From Octopus sinensis (lineage: Eukaryota), in the NCBI RefSeq assembly GCF_006345805.1, contig NC_043005.1, forward strand, positions 16,988,001 to 17,052,000: a stretch of DNA of 64,000 bases, written 5' to 3'. Below, one piece after another: positions 23,321 to 37,785 of this stretch. The notes under the pieces are model-generated. The model had not been told where the DNA came from and searched no databases. It worked only from the letters and a program-made list of their open reading frames with translations. Position 1 is the stretch's first letter. Every line of letters starts with the position of its first letter. Both the position numbers and the translations under genes were made by a program.

Positions 23321-26300
23321 TTAGCATTCAGATATCTTTTAGTCCTCGTTCAGGGGTTGTCAAATCAATTTTTATTCTTTTAGATCAGCCATGATATTTA
23401 GTTATGAAGATATTTGTATTGTTGAAATAACCTTTGTTAAAAATGTAAAGATTTAATTTAAGAGTTTATCATGGTCATTGTAGTGGTAGGGGGTCAGTTA
23501 GTGGGGTTAACAAAATTTGTTTCCGACATGGCCCATCACCAGTTTCCTCAGATTTTTTTTTCAAATTCCTACCATCTGTAGAAAATCCCTTTTTTTTTTT
23601 CTTTTTTCTTCCAGACATTGACTTCTTATTCAGCCCTAGCCAACTCTAATCCAGTAAACCTATGACTGAAGGCATTTCAGCCATGGCCATCAGTTCATAT
23701 TGTTTCGTATCTCTAGGGCTACATTATCTTGTGTCCTTCCGTTTCTGGAGATTGCAAGGTGAAAAAGACTTGGCTGTTATTTTTAGCCAATCAAGTGACT
23801 ACATAGTCTCTATTGTTGGCTCTCTGCTTATCTTGACCAAAGTCAGTAACTAGGTAAGAGAAGACCTCTACTAATTTACTGCGATCACTCTGCAAGGATA
23901 CATTTTTGAAGTGACCGAATAACCTAGTGATAGAAGACGTGTCTTTGACAACCCATTATTTCATCTATTCATTCAGTGTTGTTAGATGATTCATCTGCAA
24001 AATAAATTGTACCAAATTCCTCTTTGTCATGTTCTTTGAGAGAGATGTAAAAAGATTATTTAAAAAAAAAGAAAAAGAAGTAAAATGAGGAAATTTAACT
24101 TGCTATAATTTTCTCTTCAGTTTTGTTATATGGGAGTGAGAAAGAGGAATGTTCCTGCTAAATCATGCCATGGTTCTTGCCAATAAATTCTTTGAGTGTA
24201 GATATGGAGTAGGTGGATTTTGGTGTCAATTTAAAGATTTTAACTAACCGTGGTGGATAAACCAAACATATGAGAAGTGATGGGAGGGCAAGCATAACTA
24301 TAAAATACAAGCAGTTGTTTAACTAAAGGGCATCTCTGATTGAGCAGTAGTAATATAATCAAAGGTGTTCAAATCATGATGATCTTGACATTTTAAGGAT
24401 ATGTGTGTTTCCCTTTTTCTGCTTTTGTTTTGTTCACTACCCCTCAAAATAAGGGTATAATTTGAGGGAGATTTGACTGCTATTTGTAACATGTTTAATG
24501 ACTGCTTAGATGCACCTGTGATGGTTAAATACAATTTGACTGGAATTTCTAGCAGCTGTTATAATAATAATAATAATAATAATGATGGTTTTAGAAGGAC
24601 CCTGGCTAAATGTGATAAATTCCAGCTGTCTCTGTTCCATCTTGGATGCCAGAGGATTTTCTTTTTTTTCTTTTTTTTAGCATTAGTAAGATACCTGTGA
24701 TAGATAGTATGTGTCTGATTATATATTAAGACATACAGAAACTTTGAAATTTGCCTCAGTGGATTCCTCTAGATGTGTTAACATTTGTGTTGTTGAAGTT
24801 GGTGTAGTGGTTCGGAAGAATCAGGTGAGCATCGGACCAAATGGTTAGAGACTGGCAAAAATCGTTAGAGTAACTAACAAAACACTTTGTGGGGTTTTTA
24901 GCTACATCACTTCAGGTTCTAAGTTCAAATCCAACTAAGGTCAAGTCTGTCTTTTAACCTTTCATATAATCTATCATACGTCTTCTTTCGCTCAAATATG
25001 TCCTCTTGTACTTTGTTAGAGAAAGTTGTGTTGGATGAGGTACCTTGTAGCTTATTCAGGATCTTTGCATTCTCAGTTCAAATACCCTGTGTTTGTGGTG
25101 AAAAATAGGGGGGCTTTGAGAACTGATTAATGGTAACAAGGCTCCAATGTCAAAACATATGGACCCTGAACTGAAGTAAGATACATGCAAGAGCAGAAAT
25201 CAAACCCATGTCAGCTGTTAGCTGTCAGGACACAGCATCCTTCGAAAATACCATAAATTTGCTGAAATCTGTCAACACTACTTTTCTTGACAGGTTTATG
25301 TCTCTTCCATCTCCTCTCTATGGTTCCTTTTACTCTTCACTTCCTGGTTATCATTGCTGTCCTTGATTTATTGCTGCTCACTGTCTCTTAAAATAATTAA
25401 AAAAAAATTTTTTTTCAGGTAAAATGTTAGAAAAAAAAAATGCATTTAAGCATTTTATACAATAAGCTCATTTCTATCTTATATTTTTAATCACAGCAGT
25501 GTACTAGGTTAGACTAAATCCTCAACATTTTACTTTCATTCCTCCAATATTTCGAGTTCAAATCTTACTGATACCAACTTTCCCTTTTTAACCGCCTGGA
25601 TAGTAAGTACTAATGATGTGTTGAGGATTGATTCAATCAGTTTTATATCTCACCTGATTCAAATATGTGGGTTTTGTGTAGAGAATATCCTTTATTCTGG
25701 TATTCAATTCCTCACAAATTTCTGGGGAATTGAATCGTCATCGTTTAACTTCCACTTTTCCATGCATCAATCAGAATTTGTTCAGACTGATTTCCCTATG
25801 GCTGAATACCCTTCTCGCCAATCCTCACCTGTTTCCAAATAAGGTAATATTTCCCACATGGCCAGACAGGATTTTCGCAGGAGATCAGAAACACACACAC
25901 ACACATATGTACGACTGGCTTCTCTCAGTTTCTGTCTATTAAATCCATTGACAAAGTTTTAATGAATATTTCATTAAATTACCTTCCTAGTTTTTAACTG
26001 GTATTTTATCAGACTTCAAAAGGATTAAAAAGCAGTCTACCGTAACAGGATTTGAACTCAGAACACAGAGAAACATAACTAAATGCTATACACTATTTCA
26101 TCCATCATTCCACTGTTTTGGTTTTCTTTTCCTGCTGCAGTTATATATTTTTTCTATTTTCATAATATTATTTATTTATAAGATTTATTTAATTATATTT
26201 TTTCCTTTGTTTGACTTAATGGTGATGGATGGCAGAATCGGTAGAGCACCAGATAAAATGCCTTATAACATAAAGTTACATCCCTTGACATCATAAGTTC

Positions 26301-27468
26301 AAATTCTGTCCAAATAAACTTTACCTTTCAGCTTTCTGGAGACATAATTATCATCATTATTATTTAGATTTTAGTCAATCTTGGTCGAACAGGCAAAGGA
26401 AAAATGTTTCGACTATGAATTTCCTGTATTTAAAAAAAAATTTTAATCATTTTTTTTTTTACAGTCTTAGTTCATCTTGGGCTACAATATATAGTATGTC
26501 CTTCCATTTATAAAACAGACATAGTGAGTTTATAAGGGAGATTTCAATGCTATTACTAACAGGTTGAGTGGCCACATTCCAGTCAGGTATCAATACAATT
26601 GATATAATCCTCTCACAAAGATGTGTACCACTTCCACCCCAGGGCCATTCTAATAAAATCTTTGCATTCTCTTCTGAACACTGTTTATAAAGTTGTAAAT
26701 ATTCTTGAAATGTTTGTCTGATTTGTCAGTCACTGTTTGTTTGGTTTCCAATTCCTGCTGAAACTGTTTCTGTTGTTGTTGTTGTTGTGAGACTTTCTCC
26801 TATCACGTACAAAAATCAACAAACAAGCCTTGATAAAATTACATTGGTATATGTAATAATAATAATAATAATAATAACATTGATAATAATAAATAATTAA
26901 CATTTTCATTTGTGTCTTATTTTTCTTTTCCATTAATTCTTTCCTTTTCTCTCACTTTGTGTCCTCATCCCCACCCCTTAATCTTTCCCCTCTCGGTCAG
27001 TTAGTTCTTAAATACAATATGACTAACTTATTCATTTTGATCATGTCTCAAAATGATACGAGTCTTAATGTCGACAGTTTTTTTTTTGTTTTTTTTAAAA
27101 TGAACATCAACTTTGAGCAAACCTATGAATGAAGTTATTCCAATCATGACCATCCTGTCTCCTGCTCATCCACAGTACAGTACACTCAGGATTGAATCAT
27201 TCAAATTTTCAATACCCACCACTCCAAAAAAAAAACGGTGTGATTTGGAGATTTGGCTGCTACTTCTAGCTGGTCAAGTGACTACATAGAGACTCCTGCA
27301 TTTGCTCATTTATGCATATAAGTGTGAAAATATACAAACACAAGTGTGTGTGTGTGTGTGTGTGTATGTATATATGTATGTGTATATGTATGTGTATATT
27401 GGTCCAACCCATGCTAGCATGGAAAACGGACGCTAAACGATGATGATGATGATGTGTGTGTATATATA

Positions 27469-27505
<37 letters not shown>

Positions 27506-28237
27506 GTCCCACCCATGCCAGCTTGGAAGGCAGATGTCATCGTATGAGTGTGCTTTCAAGTGGATACAGCTATAAATAATAGCATTTAATATACTGAGTT
27601 AAAATCCTTTGGCTAGAAAAGAGGTTGAATGTTGCCTGTGGAACGCTAACCGCCATTCACAAGATGCAGGTTCAGTTCCTGAGATAGTCTTTTTTGTCCA
27701 AGGAATTTTTTTTAATCCAATATAGTAAATGCTGTTACTTATGTCTATCAAAGGTTACAGGCTGACAGAATTGGGAACACACCAGACAAAATGCCAAGGA
27801 GCATTTAGCATTCTTAGCCGAAATTCTGCTGACATCCGCTTTGCCTTTCAGGCTTGATAAAATAAGTACTTGTTAAATACTGGACTTGATGAAATTGACC
27901 AGCACCATGCCACAAGATTTCAGGCCTTGTGCCTATAGTAGAAAGTGTTTATGGCTGTATTCCATTTTGAAATTTGGTGTGTGTGTGTGTGTATATATAT
28001 ATATATGTAATAAAATAGGGTAAGATTATTAATAATTTTACCAAGTATATATATATATATATAGGTGCACGAGTGGCTGTGTGGTAAGGAGTTTGCTTAC
28101 CAACCACATGGTTCTGGGTTCAGTCCCACTGCGTGGCACCTTGGGCAAGTGTCTTATACTATATCCTTGGGCGAACCAAAGCCTTATGAGTGGATTTTGT
28201 AGAAGGAAACTGGAAGAAGCCTGTCGTGTGTATATAT

Positions 28238-28274
<37 letters not shown>

Positions 28275-28743
28275 CCCACCCATGCCAGCTTGGAAGGCAG
28301 ATGTCATCGTATGAGTGTGCTTTCAAGTGGATACAGCTATAAATAATAGCATTTAATATACTGAGTTAAAATCCTTTGGCTAGAAAAGAGGTTGAATGTT
28401 GCCTGTGGAACGCTAACCGCCATTCACAAGATGCAGGTTCAGTTCCTGAGATAGTCTTTTTTGTCCAAGGAATTTTTTTTAATCCAATATAGTAAATGCT
28501 GTTACTTATGTCTATCAAAGGTTACAGGCTGACAGAATTGGGAACACACCAGACAAAATGCCAAGGAGCATTTAGCATTCTTAGCCGAAATTCTGCTGAC
28601 ATCCGCTTTGCCTTTCAGGCTTGATAAAATAAGTACTTGTTAAATACTGGACTTGATGAAATTGACCAGCACCATGCCACAAGATTTCAGGCCTTGTGCC
28701 TATAGTAGAAAGTGTTTATGGCTGTATTCCATTTTGAAATTTG

Positions 28744-28775
<32 letters not shown>

Positions 28776-28996
28776 GTAATAAAATAGGGTAAGATTATTA
28801 ATAATTTTACCAAGTATATATATATATATATATAGGTGCACGAGTGGCTGTGTGGTAAGGAGTTTGCTTACCAACCACATGGTTCTGGGTTCAGTCCCAC
28901 TGCGTGGCACCTTGGGCAAGTGTCTTATACTATATCCTTGGGCGAACCAAAGCCTTATGAGTGGATTTTGTAGAAGGAAACTGGAAGAAGCCTGTC

Positions 28997-29035
<39 letters not shown>
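27506..29035 (+). repeat. Tandem duplication, 2 x ~767 bp
   Basis: Units start at 27506 and 28273; by eye they differ only in microsatellite lengths. Confidence 0.92.
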
Positions 29036-29042
<7 letters not shown>

Positions 29043-29310
29043 GCACACATATATATATACACACACACACACATATATATATATGTGTTTGTGTGTCTGT
29101 GTGTATATATGTTTGTGTGTCTGTGTTTGTCTCCCCAACATCACTTGACAACCGATGCTGGTGTGTTTATGTCCCCGTAACCTAGCGGTTCGGCAAAAGA
29201 GACTGATAGAATAAGTACTAGGCTTACACAGAATAAATTCTGGGGTTGATTTGCTCGACTATAGGCGATGCTCCGGCATGGCTGCAGTCAAATGACAAAC
29301 AAGTAAAAGA
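28835..29310 (+). mobile_element. SINE family A
   Basis: Full head to tail; its head is duplicated at 28064-28230. Confidence 0.88.
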
Positions 29311-30560
29311 AAAATATGTGTATATATATATATATATAAGATCAAGGTGTAGGAAGAAAGCTTCAAGCAATCCGTAGTAAATATAAAAAAAAAAAACTTT
29401 GGGGACGAGTGGTTTATTGAGATGGTAGGTTGTGGATTTTGTTTCGAAGAACGATAAGCTAAAAAAAGCTCTTTTTTTTTATATTCCACAGTAGGCGACC
29501 AGGGTTGCCAGGTGTGTGAATAAGAATACAAGAGTTACAGAATGGATTAGAAAAGATCTGGGCTACATATGTTTCATAGCAAGTGGAACCTCAGAAGTGG
29601 TAAAATCCAAGTGAGGTGTATACTGCAGGCTACTCTCCAAGCCAAGGACACCTTCATTAGATTAAAGATTACATTGTTGCAAAGAGGTACATGTTGATAC
29701 AAAGAATATTCAATCAGGATGTGTCAACTTTTGTATGTATATATATATCATCATTTGATGATGATTATAAATAATATGGATGGCTAATTTGCAATTTTAC
29801 AACCCTAAGGCAGAAATATATGTCCCTAAAGTGAAGCAGGAGTGGCTGTGTGGTAAGCAGATTGCTTACCAACTACAGGGTTCTGGGTTCAGTCCTACTG
29901 CATGGCACCTTGGGCAAGTGTCTCTTACTATAGCCTTGGGCTAACCAAAGTCTTGTGAGGTAGATTTAGTAGATAGAAACTGAAAGAAGCCTGTTGTATG
30001 TATGTATGTATGTGTTTGTGTGTCTGTCTGTACCCCCACCATCGCTTGACAACCAATGTTGGCGTATTTCGGTTCGGCAAAAGCGGCCAATAGTTTAAGT
30101 ACTAGGCTTACAAAGAATAAGTCCTGGGGTCGATTTGTCTGACTAAAGATGGTGCTCCAGTATGGTTACAGTCAAATAAATGAATGAAACAAATAAAAGA
30201 AAGGGTACTAATCAGCACCACTCGTATTGCTAGAAATAAGAGCTAAAACAACTCAATAGTCAATGAAAGCACTATCTTAATGATCTATGTTACCAGTAGC
30301 ATTGAAAAGCAATCTGACATAATGAAAAAAAACAAAAAAAACATGGAAAACCTAAACTTAAATTCAAAGATACTGCAAAAAGGAATATGAAGTGCAAAGG
30401 AATTGGTCAAAATAAATGGCAAACTAAAGCAAAGAACTGACCAGTTAGAAGAAAGGTTATCCCAGTCATACCAAAAGCCATGAACAGTTATAGTCACAAT
30501 GGCTGGCTGCAGATAATAATACACACACACACACGCATATATATATATATATATATATAT

Positions 30561-30958
30561 GGCGCAGGAGTGGCTGTGTGGTAAGTAGCTTGTTTACCAA
30601 CCACATGGTTCCGGGTTCAGTCCCACTGCGTGGCACCTTGGGCAAGTGTCTTCTACTATAGCCTCGGGCCGACCAAAGCCTTGTGAGTGGATTTGGTAGA
30701 CGGAAACTGAAAGAAGCCCGTCGTATATATGTATATATATATATATGTGTGTGTGTTTGTCCCCCTAGCATTGCTTAACAACCGATGCTGGTGTGTTTAT
30801 GTCCCCGTTACTTAGCGGTTCGGCAAAAGAGACTGATAGAATAAGTACTGGGCTTACAAAAGAATAAGTCCCAGGGTCGAGTTCATCGATTAAAGGCGGT
30901 GCTCCAGCATGGCCGCAGTCAAATGACTGAAACAAGTAAAAAAGTAAAGAGTAAAAGA
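30561..30958 (+). mobile_element. SINE family A (near-consensus)
   Basis: ggcgcaggagtggctgtgtggtaag ... gactgaaacaagtaaaaaagtaaaga; other copies at 29833-30200, 35198-35588, 47320-47690 (-), 48418-48672, 50495-50878 and 63306-63699. Confidence 0.9.
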
Positions 30959-31442
30959 ATATATATATACACCAACACATGTACATACAGCTTAATAGCT
31001 ATGTACCTCTGTATGCATACATATTTAGTAGAAGGTATTGATGAGTGTGTGTATATGTAATCATGGACTTGTGTAGTAATTGGTACATCTATATTTTTGT
31101 GTAAGTGTATATATATTTATATATATATATATATATATATAGGGAGAATTCACTAAAAAACAAAAGACGAAGACAGGTGGTGAAGAAAACAAACAGATGT
31201 ATTAGTATAATGCTCAGGAAGTGGAAAAGTCTTTAACATTTCAAGCTTACTTTCTTCCACAGAAAGAAACAAGGAGAATATATATATATATATATATATA
31301 AGCAAGGAAAAATTGTAAAAAGGCAGAATGCTAAATTGAAAGAAAATTTTAATGAAAATGGGTGTATGGAAAAAGTTTTTGAAAAATTGATAAAATATAT
31401 ATCATTTCTCCACGTGCGGTCAACACAACCCCACCATTTATT

Positions 31443-31519
<77 letters not shown>

Positions 31520-34500
31520 AGATTTATGTGTGGTTTGTATAAATATATATATCTATGAATGTATGATTGTCAATTTGTTCACCTGCCAGTTTGCAGAAAG
31601 AAGTAAATAAAGATTTTATTTTAAATTGTTGAAAAGCTTTGTTAAACAAACTCTGTGTACGTGTTTGTTTGTTTGTATATTGTTTGTATGTCTTCCATCA
31701 TTGGTCTATATACGTCTCTTCTTTTGCACACATGACCTAAATATCTGATCTATTATACAGTCATGAAGTAAATAAATGTGTCGTATGTCTTTTGTGGTGC
31801 CATCATCATCATCACTTTGAGGTTCACTTTCCTACGTTTTTATGGGTCACACAGTTTACTGAGGCAGATTGTCTACAGCAGGATGCCCTTCCTGTCACCA
31901 ACCTTCACCTGTCTCCAAGCAAGGTGATATTCCCCCCATGGCCAGACATGTTTCTGCAGGACATTGGAAATGAATGAATGCCACTACTTTTACTCAATTA
32001 CAACTTTCACATGATATCAGACAAGGGGGGCACAAACATACCCCCCCCACTCACTCACACATCTCCACACACCCACACAATGGCCTTCTCTTGTAGTTTC
32101 CATCAACCAAATCTACTTACAAGACTTTGGTCAGTCCAGGGCTATAATAGAACACACTCGCCCAAGATGTTGCACAGTAGAACTGAACCCAGAACTACAT
32201 GATTGGGAGACAAACTTCTTAACCACACAGCCATCTGTGCCCTCTCTCCTGTATACACACAGACATATATGTGTATGTTTAATGCTTCCCATGGTGCATG
32301 TGTCTCTATCTGCTTATATATCCCTTTTATGTGACCTGTTGCATGGTCGGGTCGTTGGCGAATAAACCGGCAACCCCACCAAGCTTGCTTGGTGAGGAGG
32401 GTGTTTATTGGACACCCTGTGGGATGAAAAACAAAACCTGTCAAAGGGCGGAGGAACTCTTGAGAGTCAACGGCCATCCAATAAATGTCTTAAGGCTGTA
32501 TCATGCGTGGGGACATAGAAATAATCAGACTGAATACCTGATCGCCCGGTTAAACCATTGGGAGTTAAGGACTCCTAGCCTTTGTTAGGGCATCCTTCTA
32601 GGAGAAGGTAACTGGGATAACTCCAACATCAAACCTGCGGCTCAGTGGTTACCGATGATTTTGACTTGTTCTTCTTTTCTGATTATGGCTGCTGTTGCTA
32701 AGTGAGTGGGATTGACTCAGTGCACAGCCTTTCCTCACTTTAAAAAAATCTTCTTGCACAGGCATTGCACGATAACAACATTGATTAAGCTTCATGCAAT
32801 GGCCATACTCGATAACGAGGGGGCAGCCACCATGTGTCGTCTGCATATTTCATTCTCCCCAATTACTTTATCAGCCTGTCAGTCAAACTCGTAATCTTGT
32901 TCATAATCATTAATTCTTGCTAAACCCCCACCGCCCCCGTTTCCTCTTTCTTACATAACTAAATCCTTCAACATGTCCAACAGGTGAACCACAACAACCA
33001 TCACCAAAACACCTGTAACCCACCCCACCTACCAACTCTTCGGTTACATAAATTCCACTACAACTTTCATTGCAGTAACATAACATTGTGAAAGTTGTCT
33101 GTTTGACATTTCCATCATAGAAAAACAAACATTCTACTTGGAATGTAAATGTCTCTTCTTACAAGGTTTCTTCCAACATACAGTTCCTCTTTGTCTTTTC
33201 CTCCCCTTCATTATTCCTCTATTTAAACTTTTTTTGTTGTTGTTTAAGACATTAACCTTTCCCCACTTTCTCTCACCGTTTCTTAGCACCACTTCCATTT
33301 CCCAATCCTTTTTTTTTTTTTATTAACCAAAAGGGGCTAAACATAGAGGGGACAAACAAGGACAGACAAAGGGATTAAGTCGATTACATCAACCCCAGTG
33401 CGAAACTGGTACTTAATTTATCGACCCCGAAAGGATGAAAGGCAAAGTTGAAAAAAATTGACTTGTAAAGACAAGGAAAGTCTTCATATATCGATAAGAC
33501 GGGGAAAGAATTTTCTAATCATCACTGCCATTTCCCTATCTTTTTGTGCACCTTTCACTCCCAGGCTTCGGATCCACTCACAAAACCTCTATTTTTCTAT
33601 CTCCTTCTCATTTTTTCTCCTCCTCTCTCCCCGTCTCCGTATTGTTCTATTAAATGAACAGACAAAAGAAATACCTTGCAGTATTTTTTTATGGCTCCTT
33701 TACATTCAAATCCTATTTTAATGTCCACTTTTCCAGACTTGCATGAGTTATACAGAATTCATTGAAGTATATTTTCTACAGCTAAATGTCCTTCTGTTTG
33801 TCAACTCTTGTTTGTTTCCAAATAAGGAAATGTTTTCCTATAGCCAGACATGCTTTCATGGAAGATAAGAAATGAAAGGCAGCGAGCTAGCAGAATTGTT
33901 AGCATGCTGGGCATAATGCTTAGTGGTTTTTGTCGGTCTTTACGTTCTGAGTTCAAATTCCGCAGAGGTCAACTTTGCCTTTTATTCTTTCAGAGTTGAT
34001 AAATTAAGAACAGTTGCGTACTGGGGTCGATCTAATTGACTGGCCACTTCCCCCACCCCCCCAATCTCAAGCCTTGTGCCCATAGTAGAAAGGAAGATAA
34101 GAAACGAACAGTACTACCACTACTTGTGTGACAATAACACTTGTTTAAAACCATTGTGTAATGTCATGACAAGGACACACACACACACATATCATCATCG
34201 TCATCATCTGTCTTCCATGCTATCATGGGTTGTTCAGTCCAATAGGAACCAACAAGCCAGAGAGAGCTGAACCAAGCTCCAATGTCTGCTTTGGCATGGC
34301 TTCTATAACTGGGTACCCTTCATAACGCCACCACCTTACAGAGTGTACTGGGTACATTATTCATGGCACCAGCATTTGTGAGGTTACCAAATAACTTGTA
34401 AGACAAGACCCCTTCGATGGAGTGGGGGTCAAGTATTGCAGGAGGAGAAAGTATGGGAGAGGGGCATGAAAATGGTGTTTTGCTAAAGATGGGATACATG

Positions 34501-35983
34501 GCTTCCTTAACTCTTTCAAGCTGGGTGGTACAAATAAAGCACTACTTATTTGTATCAGTTTAATGAGCAGTGGTACATAATTCGTATCAAAACTTAAAAT
34601 TCTTTTTGCTGCATGGTTGGTAAAATGTACCACTTTGATCTACTGTGCCCATAGTAGAAAGGAAGATAAGAAACGAACAGCACTACCACTACTTGTGTGA
34701 CAATAACACTTGTTTAAAATCATTGTATAACAACCTTATTAGGACTTGTGCCTTGGAAGGTAACTTTCTAGGTGCAAACCCTTGGTCATTCAAGACAGAA
34801 GGGGGTCCTTCTAAATTTATATTTCACATGGAATCAAATTTCTATAAGGTTACAAACTGATTTCTGTAAGGTTACAAATTGATTTTAGAAGATTCTGGTT
34901 TGGTATTTTCCAGAAATTAGTCAAAGTCACATATTGCAACCCAAAACCTCAAAGAAAAAGCAAGAATATACAAATAAAGTTGCTAATACTGAAAAGGTGT
35001 AGGCATAGATGTGTGGTTAAGAAGTTCGCTTCACAACCATATAGTTTGGGGTTCAGTCCCACAGCATGGTATCTTGGGCAAGTGATTTTTACTATAGACC
35101 CTGGTCGGCCAATACCGTGTGAGTGAATTTGGTAGATGGAAACTGTGAGAACAAGCAATCTATGGCAAACAAAGGTAGAGTCTTTAAAGTCTGTGGACAG
35201 GAGTGGTTGTGTGGTAAGTAGCTTGCTTACCAGCCACATGGTTCCAGGTTCAGTCCCACTGCGTGGCATGTTGGGCAAGTGTCTTCTACTGTAGCCTCGG
35301 GCCGACCAAAGCCTTGTGAGTGGATTTGGTAGACAGAAATTGAAAGAAGCCTGTCATATATATGTATATATATGTGTGCATGTTTGTGTGTCTGTGTTTG
35401 TCCCCCTAACATCGCTTGACAACCGATGCTGGTGTGTTTAGGGTCCCATAACTTAGCGGTTTGGCAAAAGTCACCGATAGAATAAGTACTAGGCTTACAA
35501 AGAATAAGTGCTGGGGTCGATTTGCTCGACTAAAGACGGTGCTCCAGCATGGCCGCAGTCAAATGACTGAAACAAGTAAAAGAGAGTACAACCAACCAAA
35601 GTGTGTAAATGTAGCAAAACACTGATAAGATAGAATGAGGCTCTGTTCACCATCATCATCATCATCATTTAATGTACTGCTATGTGTTGGATGGTGTGAC
35701 AAGAATCAACAAGCCAGAAAATTGTGCTGTGCTCCGATGTCTGCTCTGGCTTGGTTTCTTGTGCTGGACGCCCTTTCTAATGCTACCACTTCACGTACTT
35801 GGAGTGGTTCTTGACCAATGTATGTACAGTAGAACCTCGCAGTACGAGTGCACCATTGTATGAGTAATTTGCAGTACGAGCCGAGACTCGTGCGAATTTG
35901 TGTCTTGATGTACGAGCAGAAACCCAAAGTACGAGCACACAAGTCGTCCCATTTTTAAGGTAATTCAGTTAATAAAACCAGTT

Positions 35984-36618
35984 TCTCTTTTACTCTTTTA
36001 TCTTTTACTTGTTTCAGACATTTGACCGCGGCCATGCTGGAGCACCGCCTTTAGTCGAGCAAATCGACCCCAGGACTTGTTCTTTGTAAGCCTAGTACTT
36101 ATTCTATCAGACTGTTTTGCCAAACCACTAAGTTACGGGGACGTAAACATACCAGCATCGGTTGTCAAGCGATGTTGGGGGGGACAAACATAGACACACA
36201 AACATATACACACACATGCATATATACATATGCATATATACGACGGGCTTCTTTCAGTTTCCGTCTATCAAATCCACTGACAAGGCTTTGGTCAGCTCGA
36301 GGCTATAGTAGAAAACACTTGCCCAAGGTGCCATGCAGTGGGAATGAACCCAGAACCATGTGGTTGGTAAGCATGCTACTTACCACACAGCCACTCCTGC
36401 ATGTTCATATATATACATATACATACACACACACACACATATATATATATATATGACGGGCTTCTTTCAGTTTCCGTCTACCAAATCCACTCACAAGGCT
36501 TTGGTCAGCCTGAGGCTATAGTAGAAGACACTTGCCCAAGGTGCCATGCAGTGGGAATGAACCCTGAACCATGTGGTTGGTAAGCAAGCTACTTACCACA
36601 CAGCCACTCCTGTGCCTA
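35984..36618 (-). mobile_element. SINE family A with tandemly duplicated head, inside a Tigger-like MITE (~35827-36850)
   Basis: Head segment repeated with a 213-bp offset (36243 and 36456); flanking tacagtagaacctc ... gaggtatcattgta termini. Confidence 0.8.
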
Positions 36619-36858
36619 TGGTTTACATATTTCTTTTGCAATCTTTTCTTTAAAATTGTCATTTTACTTGTAACTACTCCTTTTTTGTTTTGAATACCAT
36701 AAAATAATTTTTTTGAGTGGTTTCAGGGGGCTGGAATGGATTAATTATATTTTCGTTAATTTCAATGAGGAAAACTGATTTGTGAAATGAATAAATTACA
36801 AGACAAGCTCAGTCATGGAACGAATTAAACTCATACTGGAGGTATCATTGTATCTGTG

Positions 36859-36890
<32 letters not shown>

Positions 36891-37785
36891 CTTTCATGTG
36901 TGTCTGTTTGAGTGGTTACTTTCAGTCTTTGCAAGAAAATAATGCTAAGCTACAAAGAGTGATTTTCATTGACCATTTCCTGTCAACAAATCATATAACA
37001 AATGTTTTAGCTTTGAAATATCAAAGATGTGTGGAATGAAGAGAAAAAAAATCTGCTAGCATGCAAAACTTAACATAAAACAAACAAAGAAGCACATCCA
37101 GCAACCCTTTCGATACCAACCCGGCTAAAACCGGCTCTGGCTCTGAGTACAAATGTCTTGTTTTCATATGTTTTGAATTAAAATCTTCCACCAAACCTTA
37201 GTCCCAATTCATGTTCCTAACTCTAGCTTAATGATGACTAAGTTATTTTACTAAATTCTTTGTTATATTTAAAGTAATCGAAAGAAACACATAGCATCTC
37301 AAAATAAATACAGTAACAAAAGGGTTAATAAAACATGTCAAAAACATGAATTTTGTTTCCTTTATATGAACCACTTAACTGTGAATCAGAGTATTAAAGT
37401 CAAACCTGAAGTCAGCAAAACTAACAGGAATATTACTGTATAGCTTGTTGACAAAACAAACAGATTAGCCATTAATAAGATTTATATTTAGAGTTATTGT
37501 ATTATTTGATGTGACAATGTGACCAGCCATGCAATGTTATAATCCCACAGGTGTTCTGTCTTCAATACAGAGAAACTTTTAAATGACGGAGTTAATTACT
37601 GGGTTTTATTCTTTTATCATTTTACTTGTTTTAATTATTTGATGGCGACCAAACTGGGGCACCACCTTGAAGAGTATAAGCAATCAAAGTGACCCTAGTA
37701 CTGTGAGGCAAAGGGAGAGAGAGAGAGAGAGAGACATTAGGGTCCTGCACAAAACATATGCGTTATTTAGTTAGGGCCCTTTATA

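Noticed and set aside
30561-30635. tRNA-like A/B boxes in many places
   Set aside because: They are heads of tRNA-derived SINEs with attached bodies, not cloverleaf tRNA genes
32330-32650. Structured GC-richer segment as an HDV-like ribozyme
   Set aside because: Looks like an RTE-type 5' region with small hairpins, but I could not fit the nested double pseudoknot by eye
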